Source: Clostridia bacterium (lineage in GTDB: Bacteria > Bacillota > Clostridia > TANB77 > CAG-465). From it: a stretch of DNA of 64,000 nucleotides. Of the stretch, positions 39,564 to 50,227 are shown piece by piece. Positions within the stretch are counted from its first letter, which is position 1; the number at the start of each line of letters is the position of its first letter. The notes under the pieces are model-generated. The model was given only the letters and a program-made list of their open reading frames with translations. It ran no database searches and was not told the DNA's origin. The stretch is taken from NCBI GenBank assembly GCA_026415435.1, contig JAOAHC010000041.1:4290-68289 (forward strand), read 5' to 3'. The translations under genes and the position numbers were made by a program.

Positions 39564-40894
39564 AAAAAATATTAAAAGTAGTAAAAAACCCTATATTTTT
39601 AACATTTATATTTATTGCAATAATAAGAATAATTTTTTATTCGAACATAAAAGAAGTATTATTAACATTTGATAGTCATGAGTATATAGCAATACAAAGT
39701 AGAAACTTTTTTTACTTAATTGTAAACTTTGCAAGAGTGCCACTATATCCTATACTGATAGATATATTTTATGGTATATTTAAAGATCGAAATGCACTTT
39801 TAGTACTATGCTATTTTCAAGCAATATGTTCATTTATAAGTTTATATTTATTATATCTTATATTAAAAAGTAGGATAAAAAATATTAAAATTATAATATT
39901 TATTTTAATACTTTATGGTTGTTCTACAGTAATTATGGGTTGGGATTATACAATCTTAACAGAATCTTTATCACTATCCATATTTATATTATTATTATTT
40001 TTATTAAATAAATATATTGATAAAAATACAAAAAAACTGGCGGTAGCAATACCAATCGTAACATTAACTCTAATATTTTTAAAACCAAGTTATTTAGTAT
40101 TTATTGGTGCAATAATTATATTTTTTACATTAAAATTAATAATAGAGAAGAATAGAAGTGAATTAATTGGAGTTATAACATCAGGTGCTTCAATAGTCAT
40201 TATATTAATGTATTGTTATTTGAATTATCTACAAAATGGGATTTTTGTACTAAGTGGTTCATTAGTAACACAGCAGCTTACAATATCTATGCAAAGAGAA
40301 TATTATAAATCTACTACAGATAATGAGATAAAGGAAATAATTGAAAAAAGTTATGTTCAAGATAAGGAATTTTTTTTGGATGTACATAAAAAGATAATAG
40401 ACAAGGTTGGAATTGTAAGAGTAAATAAATATAATAAAGAAGTTATGAAAAAGAATTTTGTTAATGTATTAAAAGATAGTTTTTATTTAGCAGTATCGCA
40501 AAATAATAAGTATTTTACTGGATATTATACAGAGGATAATCAGGCAAGTCAGGAAAAGCCAGGTTTTACTGGGTATTATGCTTTATTTGATAGAGAAAGT
40601 GACTCTATTTATTATGCAACTTTAAAATTGATAGATAATGTATTAAAAATTATTAAAGTACATCATGCATATATATTAATTCTTATTCAAATTTTTATTG
40701 TATTAAATGGGTTAGTAAAAAATAGAAAAATCAACTTAGAAGAATCAGGATATACGGTATTTCTACTTCTTATTGTTTTAACTGCTATATTTGGAACGAA
40801 TTCAGAATATCCAAGAACAATGATTAGTGTTTTACCAATAGTATATATCTTAATGGCTAAATATTTAAATAGTATGAGTATTAAAAAGGAGTGA
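39560..40894 (+). CDS. polytopic membrane protein (GT-C-like candidate), translationally coupled to the previous gene (ATGA overlap)
   Basis: ATG at 39560 after aggggtgg; about 10 TM helices. Confidence 0.45.
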   Translation: MKKILKVVKNPIFLTFIFIAIIRIIFYSNIKEVLLTFDSHEYIAIQSRNFFYLIVNFARVPLYPILIDIFYGIFKDRNALLVLCYFQAICSFISLYLLYLILKSRIKNIKIIIFILILYGCSTVIMGWDYTILTESLSLSIFILLLFLLNKYIDKNTKKLAVAIPIVTLTLIFLKPSYLVFIGAIIIFFTLKLIIEKNRSELIGVITSGASIVIILMYCYLNYLQNGIFVLSGSLVTQQLTISMQREYYKSTTDNEIKEIIEKSYVQDKEFFLDVHKKIIDKVGIVRVNKYNKEVMKKNFVNVLKDSFYLAVSQNNKYFTGYYTEDNQASQEKPGFTGYYALFDRESDSIYYATLKLIDNVLKIIKVHHAYILILIQIFIVLNGLVKNRKINLEESGYTVFLLLIVLTAIFGTNSEYPRTMISVLPIVYILMAKYLNSMSIKKE

Positions 40895-40898
40895 TATT

Positions 40899-41819
40899 AT
40901 GAGAAAAACATTAGTAGGTTACACAGGTTTTGTTGGATCAAATATATTAGAATCATATAAATTTGATCATTTATATGATTCATCAAATATTACAGAGGGG
41001 TTTTCTACAGAACATGATTTATTAGTATATAGTGGTGTCCCTGCTCAAAAGACACTTGCAAATAGTAATCCAGAAGTAGATTTGAAAATTATTGAAAATG
41101 CTAAAAATAATATAAAGAAACTAAATCCGAAAGAAATAGTTCTTATATCTACAACTGATGTATATCCAAATCCAGAACTAGTTGATGAAGATTATGTAAT
41201 AGATACAACCAAACTACAACCATATGGTTTGCATAGATATTACCTTGAAGAGTGGGTAAAAGAAAACATAGATAATCATCTTATTGTTCATCTTCCAGCA
41301 CTATATGGCAAAAATCTAAAAAAGAATTTTATATTTGATATTATGACAATAATACCATTTATGTTAAAGTCAGAAAAAATCGAAGATTTAAAGAAAAAGC
41401 TTCCGAATATTTATGATTATTATACATTATCAGATAATGGATTTTATAAATTGAATTCACTATCTAATAGCGATAGAGAAGTGTTAAAAGAATTCTTTTT
41501 AAATAATGATTTTAATGCTTTAAACTTTACGGATAGTAGAAATAATTATCAATTTTATAATCTTGCAAATCTATGGAAGCATATAAATATTGCAAGAGAA
41601 AATAATATAAGATGCTTAAATCTAGCAACTGAGCCTATAAATGCAGGTGAACTATATAAATATATATATGATAAGAATTTTATAAATGAACTAAATGGAA
41701 GTATTGTAAAGTACAATATGAAAACAAAATATGATACATTATTTAATGGTAACAATGGATATGTTTTTGATAAATATTATACTTTAAATGACATAAAGAA
41801 GTTTATAAAAGGAGAATAA
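40899..41819 (+). CDS. NAD(P)-binding Rossmann-fold protein (sugar epimerase/reductase-like)
   Basis: N-terminal GYTGFVGS (GxxGxxG); YGLHRYYLEEWVK (Y...K-like). Confidence 0.45.
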   Translation: MRKTLVGYTGFVGSNILESYKFDHLYDSSNITEGFSTEHDLLVYSGVPAQKTLANSNPEVDLKIIENAKNNIKKLNPKEIVLISTTDVYPNPELVDEDYVIDTTKLQPYGLHRYYLEEWVKENIDNHLIVHLPALYGKNLKKNFIFDIMTIIPFMLKSEKIEDLKKKLPNIYDYYTLSDNGFYKLNSLSNSDREVLKEFFLNNDFNALNFTDSRNNYQFYNLANLWKHINIARENNIRCLNLATEPINAGELYKYIYDKNFINELNGSIVKYNMKTKYDTLFNGNNGYVFDKYYTLNDIKKFIKGE

Positions 41820-41821
41820 AA

Positions 41822-42607
41822 ATGAAATTATCTATTTCTAATATAGCTTGGGGAGAAGAATATGACTCTGAGATGTATGCGTTTTTAAAAGAAAATAACT
41901 TTAATGGACTTGAAATTGCACCCACAAGAATAGTAAAAGAAAACCCATATGATAAGCTAGAATATATAAAAGAATTTTATAATACTTTAAAAAACAAATA
42001 TGATTTAGAAATTTCATCAATTCAATCAATATGGTATGGAAGAACAGAAAAAATATTTGAGAATATTGAGGAAAGAAATTTATTAATAGATTATACTAAA
42101 AAAGCAATTTATTTTGCTTCAACTATTAATTGTAAAAATATCGTATTTGGATGTCCTAAAAATAGAAATATAAACAATGAAGATGATATTAAAGTAGCAA
42201 TAGAATTTTTTACTGAAATAGCAGAATATGCAGATAGTAAAGGCACAATAATAGCAGTAGAAGCTAATCCTGTTATATATGGTACTAATTTTTTAAATAC
42301 TACAATAGAAGCAATCGATTTTGTAAAAAAAGTTAATTCAAATGGTATAGGGGTTAATTTAGATATAGGAACGATTATTTACAATAATGAAAATTTAGAT
42401 GAGATTATTAAAAATATACACTTAATAAATCATATTCATATAAGCGAACCGAATCTAGAGCTAATACAAAAAAGGAATTTACATGATAATTTATCTGAAA
42501 TTTTGAAGAAAATAAATTATAATAAGTATGTATCAATAGAAATGAAAAATTTAGATGATATAAATTTAGTAAAAAATACAATTAACTATGTGAAAGGTGT
42601 GTTTTAA
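41822..42607 (+). CDS. sugar phosphate isomerase/epimerase (xylose-isomerase-like TIM barrel)
   Basis: Length and alternating beta/alpha pattern; conserved acidic residues (VEANP...NLDIGT...HISE). Confidence 0.45.
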   Translation: MKLSISNIAWGEEYDSEMYAFLKENNFNGLEIAPTRIVKENPYDKLEYIKEFYNTLKNKYDLEISSIQSIWYGRTEKIFENIEERNLLIDYTKKAIYFASTINCKNIVFGCPKNRNINNEDDIKVAIEFFTEIAEYADSKGTIIAVEANPVIYGTNFLNTTIEAIDFVKKVNSNGIGVNLDIGTIIYNNENLDEIIKNIHLINHIHISEPNLELIQKRNLHDNLSEILKKINYNKYVSIEMKNLDDINLVKNTINYVKGVF

Positions 42608-42608
42608 T

Positions 42609-43412
42609 ATGATATATGAAAATATAAAAGGCGTTCCTAAATTTGAATGTAATGAATTTGAAAGTAAGAAAATGAAATACTGTCTGTGTATACCTATAGT
42701 TAATGAAGGTGAAAGAATAAAAAAAGAACTTGAGAGAGCTAAAGAATATAATATAGATAAAATAGTAGATATTATAATTTGTGATAAAGGTTCAACAGAT
42801 GGTTCAACTGAAGAGAATACTCTTAAATCTTTTGGAGTAAATACTTTACTTACATTAAAACAAGATGGAAAACAAGGTTCACAGCTTAGAATGGGGCTTT
42901 GGTGGGCATTACAAAGAGGTTATGAGGGAGTTATAACAATTGATGGTAATAATAAAGATAGTATAGAAGATGTTCCTAGTTTTATAAATAAACTGGATGA
43001 AGGGTATGATTTTATACAAGGATCTAGATATGTAAAGGGTGGAAAGGCAATAAATACACCTTTTATAAGACATCTATCAGTAAAATTTATGCATGCTCCA
43101 ATTATATCATTAACTGCTAAGTATCACTTCACAGATACAACAAATGCATATAGAGGATATTCAAAAAAATATTTAGAAAATCCTAATACACAGCCTTTTA
43201 GAGATATATTTATTACATATGAATTATTAGCTTATTTATCAGTAAGGGCATCACAATTAGGGCTTAAAGTTTGTGAAGTACCAGTAAGAAGAGAATATCC
43301 TAAGAGTGGAAAAGTACCAACAAAAATTAGTTTTTTCAAAGGAAATAGTGAATTATTGAAAATATTATTTAAGAATTTTAGAGGTGAATATAATCCTAAA
43401 AATATAGAATAA
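42609..43412 (+). CDS. GT2-like glycosyltransferase (dolichyl-phosphate-mannose synthase-like, soluble)
   Basis: CIPIVNEGERI...ICDKGSTDGS...TIDGNNKD. Confidence 0.55.
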   Translation: MIYENIKGVPKFECNEFESKKMKYCLCIPIVNEGERIKKELERAKEYNIDKIVDIIICDKGSTDGSTEENTLKSFGVNTLLTLKQDGKQGSQLRMGLWWALQRGYEGVITIDGNNKDSIEDVPSFINKLDEGYDFIQGSRYVKGGKAINTPFIRHLSVKFMHAPIISLTAKYHFTDTTNAYRGYSKKYLENPNTQPFRDIFITYELLAYLSVRASQLGLKVCEVPVRREYPKSGKVPTKISFFKGNSELLKILFKNFRGEYNPKNIE

Positions 43413-43436
43413 AAATTAAAATAGGAGATGTAAAAA

Positions 43437-44567
43437 ATGAAATATTCAAAAATAATAATAGGAGCAGGACTATATGGGCTATATTCAGCAGAACTTTGTG
43501 GTAGAAACAACGAAAATGTGCTTGTATTAGAATGTGATGAACAACCATTTATGCGTGCAACATATATTAATCAAGCACGAGTTCATATGGGATATCATTA
43601 TCCTCGTTCGTATTCTACAGCTATAAAATCAAGAAAGTATTTTGATCGTTTTGTTAAAGATTATGATTTTTGCATAAAAAAAGACTTTAAAAAAGTATAT
43701 GCAACATCTAAAGATTTTTCTTGGACAAACGCAGAACAGTTTGAAAAATTTTGTAAAGCAGTAAATATTAAATGTGAAAAAATAGATTCATCATTATATT
43801 TTAAAAATGATACATGTGATGGAGTATTTGAAACAGAAGAATATACTTATGATGCTAAGGTTTTAAGGCAAGATTTATTAAATAAGATAGAAAAAATGCC
43901 AAACGTTAAGATAAAATGCAATGCTAATATCGTAAATATTAGTAAAAAATCAGATTGTTATTCTATTACGCTTAAAACAGGAGAAGTTTTTGAAACAGAG
44001 TTTCTACTTAATACCACATATGCATCAATAAATCAAATATTAAATATGGTGAAATTTGAACCTGTAAAGATAAAATATGAATTATGTGAAATTATTTTAT
44101 GTAAAGTAAGTGATAACTTAAAAAACGTTGGAATAACTGTAATGGATGGTCCTTTCTTTTCAATAATGCCCTTTGGACAAACTGGCTTACATTCACTTAC
44201 ATCCGTAACATTTACTCCTCACATAACTAGTTATGATAACCTACCTACATTTATATGTCAACAAAAATGTGAAAAAGGATATTGTATACCAGAAAAACTA
44301 GGGAACTGTAATGACTGTATTGCAAAACCTAAATCCGCGTGGGATTATATGTCAAAGCTTGCCAGGAAATATTTGAGTGATGATATAAAATTTGAATATC
44401 ATAGTTCATTATTTTCAATGAAGCCTATTCTTAAAAACTCTGAAATAGATGATTCTAGGCCAACAGTAATAAAGACATTCAGCCAAAATCCAACATTTAT
44501 AAGTGTACTGTCTGGAAAAATAAATACAGTATATGATTTAGATGAATATTTAAAGGGGGAAGAATAA
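43437..44567 (+). CDS. FAD/NAD(P)-binding oxidoreductase
   Basis: N-terminal dinucleotide fold IIIGAGLYGLYSAEL...LVLE; not UDP-galactopyranose-mutase-like. Confidence 0.5.
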   Translation: MKYSKIIIGAGLYGLYSAELCGRNNENVLVLECDEQPFMRATYINQARVHMGYHYPRSYSTAIKSRKYFDRFVKDYDFCIKKDFKKVYATSKDFSWTNAEQFEKFCKAVNIKCEKIDSSLYFKNDTCDGVFETEEYTYDAKVLRQDLLNKIEKMPNVKIKCNANIVNISKKSDCYSITLKTGEVFETEFLLNTTYASINQILNMVKFEPVKIKYELCEIILCKVSDNLKNVGITVMDGPFFSIMPFGQTGLHSLTSVTFTPHITSYDNLPTFICQQKCEKGYCIPEKLGNCNDCIAKPKSAWDYMSKLARKYLSDDIKFEYHSSLFSMKPILKNSEIDDSRPTVIKTFSQNPTFISVLSGKINTVYDLDEYLKGEE

Positions 44568-45508
44568 TGTTGATAAATAATAAAGAAAAAAATTTTATAT
44601 CTGCTGTTATTTATGTACATAATAATGAGAATGAGATTGAAGAATCTTTGAATTTAATATCACAATTTTTATACAACAATTTTGAAAATTATGAACTAAT
44701 CTGTGTAAATGATTATTCAACGGATAATAGTTTGGAAATAATAAAGACGGTAGGTAAGAAATTAAATAATTGTATTATTAATATAGTAAATATGAGTTAT
44801 TATCAAGGTTTAGAAAAATCAATGTTAGCGGGAGTAGATCTTTCTATTGGTGATTTTGTATATGAATTTGATACAGCAATTATAGATTATGATATAAATG
44901 AACTGATGAATGTATATAGAAAGTGCTTGACTGGATATGATATAATTTCAGCTTCCCCTAACAAAAGAATGAGAAAATCGAGTAGATTATTTTATTCAAT
45001 ATTTAATAAGAATGCAAGTATGATGAATTTAAGAACTGAGACTTTTAGGATATTATCAAGGCGTGCAATTAATAGAATAAACATGATATTCGATAATATA
45101 GTATATAGGAAAGCAATATATCATAATTGCGGACTTAAAGTAGAAACTATAACTTACAATTGTACAAAAAATACTGAAAAATTGCCAGATGAACTAAAAT
45201 ATAGAAGAAAAGTTGCTCTTGATTCAATAATATATTTTACAAATTTAGGTTTTAAAATTTCATTTTTATTTGCAACGGCAATGATGATATTTTCTATACT
45301 TGGTTTAATATATGCATTATTAGTATTTTTATTGTTAAAAAATACAGTTGAAGGTTGGACAACTCTTATGATATTCTTAAGTTTTGGATTTTTTGGAGTT
45401 TTTACACTACTTGCAATATTAATAAAATATGTTTCTCTAATATTAGAAACAACACATAGAAAGCAAAAGTATATTATTGAAGGAATAACTAAAATTAATA
45501 AAAATTAA
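44567..45508 (+). CDS. GT2 polyprenol-phosphate glycosyltransferase (GtrB/ArnC-like) with C-terminal TM helices
   Basis: VNDYSTDNS; two C-terminal TM helices; start overlaps the upstream stop. Confidence 0.65.
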   Translation: MLINNKEKNFISAVIYVHNNENEIEESLNLISQFLYNNFENYELICVNDYSTDNSLEIIKTVGKKLNNCIINIVNMSYYQGLEKSMLAGVDLSIGDFVYEFDTAIIDYDINELMNVYRKCLTGYDIISASPNKRMRKSSRLFYSIFNKNASMMNLRTETFRILSRRAINRINMIFDNIVYRKAIYHNCGLKVETITYNCTKNTEKLPDELKYRRKVALDSIIYFTNLGFKISFLFATAMMIFSILGLIYALLVFLLLKNTVEGWTTLMIFLSFGFFGVFTLLAILIKYVSLILETTHRKQKYIIEGITKINKN

Positions 45509-45525
45509 CCTATAAGGAGGAACTT

Positions 45526-47613
45526 ATGAATAAAATAATACATTATTGTTGGTTTGGTGGTAAACCGTTATCAAAACTAACTTTGAAGTGTATAGAAAGC
45601 TGGAAAAAATATCTACCTGACTTTGAAATAAAGCAATGGGACGAGTCTAATTTTGATGTAAATCAATGTGAATTTGTTAAGCAAGCATATGAACAAAAAA
45701 AATGGGCATTTGTTTCAGATTATACAAGGTTTAAAGTTTTAGATAAATTTGGTGGACTATATTTAGATACTGATATGGAAATAACTGCAGATGTTCATAA
45801 ATTTTTTGATGATGAATTATTTATTTGCAAGGAAGACTCTAATATGGTTAATGCAGCTGTAGTATGGGTTAAAAGTCAAAATAATGATCATATTAAAAAT
45901 ATAGTTGATGTATATGAAAAAACTAGTGTGTTTAATGCTACAGGTGATTTGTTTGATCAAAGCGTTCCAAGAGTTCTTACAAAATACTTTTTAAATTATG
46001 GTTTTGAAAAAGAAAATGATAATATACAGCTCTTAGATGATGGAAAAGTTCACATATATCCTATGGAATATTTTTATCCTTTAAGTTATGATCACCAAAA
46101 CAATAAATTTACAGAAAATACTTGTATGATACACCATTTCAATGGTACATGGACAAGTAAAAGCGAACAATTAAAAACAAATCTTAAGAGAAAAAATATG
46201 AAATGGATGGTAAATGTAATTGATTTTTTTGCAAGCGTAAAAAGATCAATTAAAAGAAATATAACTGTAAAAGATTTAGTGATATTTTTAATACCATTAA
46301 TTATGTTTACAGTAGCACTTCTTTCGTTTTGGCCTGGAATAACAACATATGACGGAAATTATCAGTGGAATCAAGTTCAAAATAACCATATAACTGACGC
46401 ACATCCATTTTTCAGCACATATTTTGTAAAATTACTATCTAATATTTGGAATAGTAAAACAATAGTTATGGTATTTCAAATATTTATGTTTAGCGTAGTA
46501 TGGACATGTGTATGCAAAAGTCTTAGAGATAAAAAAGCGGGTATTAAACTGCAAATAGTTTACACTGCTATAATGTGTATAATGCCAATAATTTTTGTAT
46601 ATGCAATAACATTCTGGAAAGATGTCATTTTTTCTTATGCTATGCTTTTATTAATTCTAATGATATATATTGGAATTAAAAAAGAATGGAAATATAGGAT
46701 ATTAGATTTGGTAGCAATAGCATTTTTACTAATATTTATTCAAGCATATAGACATAATGGAATTATAGTGAGTTTTGGAATGTTGATAACGTTCATAATA
46801 CTATTGTTAAAAAATAATGTTAGAAAAAAAGCAATTATAGCTTTTGGAGCTTCTTTAGTAGTATTTTATTTAATGGTATTTATTCCAAAAAGTATTATAG
46901 TAAAACCTTCATTAGATATAATGAGTGCAAGAGATGGACTAACTATATTTATGACTGGAGCTTTAATTAAAGATGAAGTTAAAATGGAACCACAAGATAT
47001 AGAATACATTGAATCACTTATGCCTATTGAAAAATGGAAAGAGTTATATACTCCATATTTAATAAACACAATATGTTTATCACCAAATTTTAATAAAGCA
47101 AGAGCAGAAAAAACATATGATCAATTATTTGAAATCTTTATTAAATACGCAATGAAAAATCCTAAAACTATAATGGTACACTATATAAAAGCAGATGCTC
47201 TGTTGTGGAGTCCTTATCCTTTAGGATATACTTATGTATTTGATTTTTCAGAGTGGGGACCAGACTTCTATGGTTTTGATTCTAAAGTAAATAGTAAGTT
47301 TGAACCAGGTAAAAACGTTTATGATAGTATAATTAATTTTACGTTTCAAAACAAATATTTAAGAAACATACTATATAGACCAGCAACTGCTATGTATGTG
47401 TCAATAATAATAATTATGTATATTGTATATACAACTAAAAATAAAAAATATTATTATATTTTACTGCCAATGATATTAAATACAATATCATATTTACCAG
47501 TAAACTTAGCACAAGATTTAAGATATCTATACATAAACTACTTAACACTAGGTTTTGTACTACTATTATTGTTATCAATAAAAACCAAATTAGTACCAAA
47601 ATTGAAAGGATAA
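45526..47613 (+). CDS. GT32-like (DXD) glycosyltransferase domain fused to a ~450-aa polytopic membrane domain
   Basis: SDYTRFKVLDKFGGLYLDTDMEI, YPMEYFYPLSYD; about 10 TM helices follow. Confidence 0.55.
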   Translation: MNKIIHYCWFGGKPLSKLTLKCIESWKKYLPDFEIKQWDESNFDVNQCEFVKQAYEQKKWAFVSDYTRFKVLDKFGGLYLDTDMEITADVHKFFDDELFICKEDSNMVNAAVVWVKSQNNDHIKNIVDVYEKTSVFNATGDLFDQSVPRVLTKYFLNYGFEKENDNIQLLDDGKVHIYPMEYFYPLSYDHQNNKFTENTCMIHHFNGTWTSKSEQLKTNLKRKNMKWMVNVIDFFASVKRSIKRNITVKDLVIFLIPLIMFTVALLSFWPGITTYDGNYQWNQVQNNHITDAHPFFSTYFVKLLSNIWNSKTIVMVFQIFMFSVVWTCVCKSLRDKKAGIKLQIVYTAIMCIMPIIFVYAITFWKDVIFSYAMLLLILMIYIGIKKEWKYRILDLVAIAFLLIFIQAYRHNGIIVSFGMLITFIILLLKNNVRKKAIIAFGASLVVFYLMVFIPKSIIVKPSLDIMSARDGLTIFMTGALIKDEVKMEPQDIEYIESLMPIEKWKELYTPYLINTICLSPNFNKARAEKTYDQLFEIFIKYAMKNPKTIMVHYIKADALLWSPYPLGYTYVFDFSEWGPDFYGFDSKVNSKFEPGKNVYDSIINFTFQNKYLRNILYRPATAMYVSIIIIMYIVYTTKNKKYYYILLPMILNTISYLPVNLAQDLRYLYINYLTLGFVLLLLLSIKTKLVPKLKG

Positions 47614-47618
47614 AGAAT

Positions 47619-48332
47619 ATGAATAATAAAGTTCTTTTTGTTATACCAGCATATAATGAATCTGAAAATATTGAAAAAGTAATAACTGAGATAAAAAAAG
47701 ATGTTGATTATGCTGATATTCTAGTAATAAATGATTGTTCAAAAGATAATACGCAAGAAATAGTTAGAGGTGCAGGTGTAAAATGTATAACCATGCCATT
47801 TAACGTAAGATATGCCATGGCTGTACAAACTGGTATAAAATATGCATTTGACAATGATTATGACTATGTGATTCAATTTGATGCGGATGGTCAACATATA
47901 GCTAAAGAAGCAGAAAAATTGTTAAATAAAATGAAAGAAACAAATGCTGATATAGTAATAGGATCTAGATTTTTAGAAAAGACAGATTATCCTCATTCAT
48001 TTTTTAGACTTATTGGAACTAAAATATTTACTGGTCTTATAAAATTATTTTGTAATAAAAAAATAACTGATCCAACATCTGGGTTTCAATGTTTAAATAA
48101 AGATGTTATTAAAAGATATTCTAGGAATTATCCTGAATTTCCAGATGCAAATTTAATTATGGAAATGATATATGAAGGATATGATATAGTTGAAATAACT
48201 ACTAATATGAGAATAAGAGAGAATGGACAAAGTATGCATGGTGGTATTATAAAGCCTATAAAATATATGATAGTTATGTTTTATACAATTATAATAATAT
48301 TACTTAGAAATATTTTTAGAAAGAAGGTATAA
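47619..48332 (+). CDS. GT2 polyprenol-phosphate glycosyltransferase (GtrB-like, short)
   Basis: INDCSKDNT...FDADGQH; one C-terminal TM helix. Confidence 0.7.
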   Translation: MNNKVLFVIPAYNESENIEKVITEIKKDVDYADILVINDCSKDNTQEIVRGAGVKCITMPFNVRYAMAVQTGIKYAFDNDYDYVIQFDADGQHIAKEAEKLLNKMKETNADIVIGSRFLEKTDYPHSFFRLIGTKIFTGLIKLFCNKKITDPTSGFQCLNKDVIKRYSRNYPEFPDANLIMEMIYEGYDIVEITTNMRIRENGQSMHGGIIKPIKYMIVMFYTIIIILLRNIFRKKV

Positions 48333-48334
48333 AT

Positions 48335-48673
48335 ATGAATGTTAATATATTTTTCGCAATATTAGGTGTTTTACTTGCTATATACATATTAGCTAATGTT
48401 AAAAATAATAAATTTGATATAGTTGAAAGTTTAATATGGCTTACTGGAACAGCTGCAATATTTATACTAGGTCTATTTCCAAATATTATAAGATATATTT
48501 CAAATTTAGTTGGAATAGAATATGCACCGTCTTTATTCTTTCTTGCTTGTATAATATTTATATTACTAATAAATTTTAGAACTTCGAAAAAAATATTAAG
48601 TCATCAAGAAAAAATAATTTTACTTTCACAAGAAGTTGCAATTTTAAAGGAAAAAATTAATGAAGATAAGTAG
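48335..48673 (+). CDS. small membrane protein (DUF2304-like companion of GtrB-type GT2)
   Basis: 3 TM helices plus a charged tail; immediately follows and is coupled to 47619..48332. Confidence 0.45.
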   Translation: MNVNIFFAILGVLLAIYILANVKNNKFDIVESLIWLTGTAAIFILGLFPNIIRYISNLVGIEYAPSLFFLACIIFILLINFRTSKKILSHQEKIILLSQEVAILKEKINEDK

Positions 48674-48705
48674 TATGAAATAGTAATAGTAAAGGGGATA
48701 TATTT

Positions 48706-49752
48706 GTGGAAAGAAAAACTAAATTAAGTATAGTTGTTCCTGTATATAACGTTGAAAAATATCTTAGAAGATGTTTGGATAGTTTAGCTAAACAGACATT
48801 AGAAGATATAGAGATTATATGTGTAAATGATGGTTCAAAAGATGGATGTTTAGAGATATTAAAAGAATATAAATCTAAATATGGAGATAAAGTTGTAATA
48901 ATTGATAAACAAAATGAAGGGGTTTGGAAAGGTAGACTTGACGGTATAAAGGCTGCTTCAGGCGAATATATAACTTTTACAGATTCTGATGATTATGTTG
49001 CATTAGATTTTGCAGAGAAGCTATATAATAAAATAGTAGAAACTAATTCAGATATTTTGATTTGTGGGTTTTATAGAATAGATACAGATACTGGACATGT
49101 ATTTTCAAAGGAAATGACTAAACATGCAAATAAAGTTATAGATATGGATAAAAATCCGGAAGATATAGTATCAATTAACGGAGCTTTATGGAACAAAATA
49201 TACAAAGCTGAAATATTAAAAAATGTAGACAATCTTCCTAATCCTCCTCAGATATTAGAGGATATAATGTTTCAAATGTTAACTTTTCTAAGAGTTAAAA
49301 AGATCTCATTTATTTCAGATGCTTTATACTACTATATGGTTAGAAAAGATTCAGCGATGACATCAATAAAGAAAGAGCAAATAAAATCTACTCAAAATGC
49401 AATGGTTGATTTAAAGAATATATATAACAAAAGTGAAAGAGAAAAAAAACTTCTAGAAGTAATCGATATTATGGCTTTTCTTCATTTTGCATTATCATTG
49501 ATGTTTAGAATATCTTATGATAAAAATTCTAACTTTGATGAAGAATTAAGATTAAACGAAAAATATCTTGATCAAAACTTTCCAACTTGGAGAAAATCTA
49601 AATATTTGAAATTATCATATATAGCTATGCATAAGTTTTCAAATGTTAAGGTTGGAATAATGAAAATGGTTTATTCTTTTGGACTATATAAATATTTTTT
49701 AAAATTGTATAGTTTTATGATTGATAAATTAAAAGTTGATATAAAGTGGTGA
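48706..49752 (+). CDS. GT2-family glycosyltransferase
   Basis: GTG start after aaggggat; LSIVVPVYN...VNDGSKDG...TDSDD. Confidence 0.75.
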   Translation: MERKTKLSIVVPVYNVEKYLRRCLDSLAKQTLEDIEIICVNDGSKDGCLEILKEYKSKYGDKVVIIDKQNEGVWKGRLDGIKAASGEYITFTDSDDYVALDFAEKLYNKIVETNSDILICGFYRIDTDTGHVFSKEMTKHANKVIDMDKNPEDIVSINGALWNKIYKAEILKNVDNLPNPPQILEDIMFQMLTFLRVKKISFISDALYYYMVRKDSAMTSIKKEQIKSTQNAMVDLKNIYNKSEREKKLLEVIDIMAFLHFALSLMFRISYDKNSNFDEELRLNEKYLDQNFPTWRKSKYLKLSYIAMHKFSNVKVGIMKMVYSFGLYKYFLKLYSFMIDKLKVDIKW

Positions 49753-49790
49753 TAAATAATATGGTTATTAAAATAAAAGGGGGAAAAACA

Positions 49791-50207
49791 ATGAGATATG
49801 CTCTTGTAATAATATATTTAATTTTAACTATTAGTGGTCTTATATTTATGAAATTAGGTGGTAATCCTGGTACAATAGGTTTGAAAAATAGTACTATTAG
49901 TATGGATATGAGCTTAGTAAGTGGACTTGGATTTATATGCTATATAGCAAGCTTTTTACTATTTACTAGAATAGTTATAATGTTTGATTTAAGCTACATA
50001 TTTCCAATATGTGCAGGTGTAGTTCAAGTTGCTACATTGATAGCTTCTTACTATGTATTTAAAGAAAAAATATCAATGTATGGAATATTAGGCGCTTCAC
50101 TTATAATAATAGGTATAATTATTATGAATATTAAAGTTAACAATACTGTGAAGGATACCTCTAGTATTAATATAGAAAGTACTCAAAAACAAATTAAAAA
50201 TATGTAG
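49791..50207 (+). CDS. small 4-TM membrane protein (GtrA/ArnE/SMR-like flippase candidate)
   Basis: ATG at 49791 after agggggaa; 4 TM helices; 138 aa. Confidence 0.45.
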   Translation: MRYALVIIYLILTISGLIFMKLGGNPGTIGLKNSTISMDMSLVSGLGFICYIASFLLFTRIVIMFDLSYIFPICAGVVQVATLIASYYVFKEKISMYGILGASLIIIGIIIMNIKVNNTVKDTSSINIESTQKQIKNM

Positions 50208-50227
50208 TAAAATATATGGAGAATATT

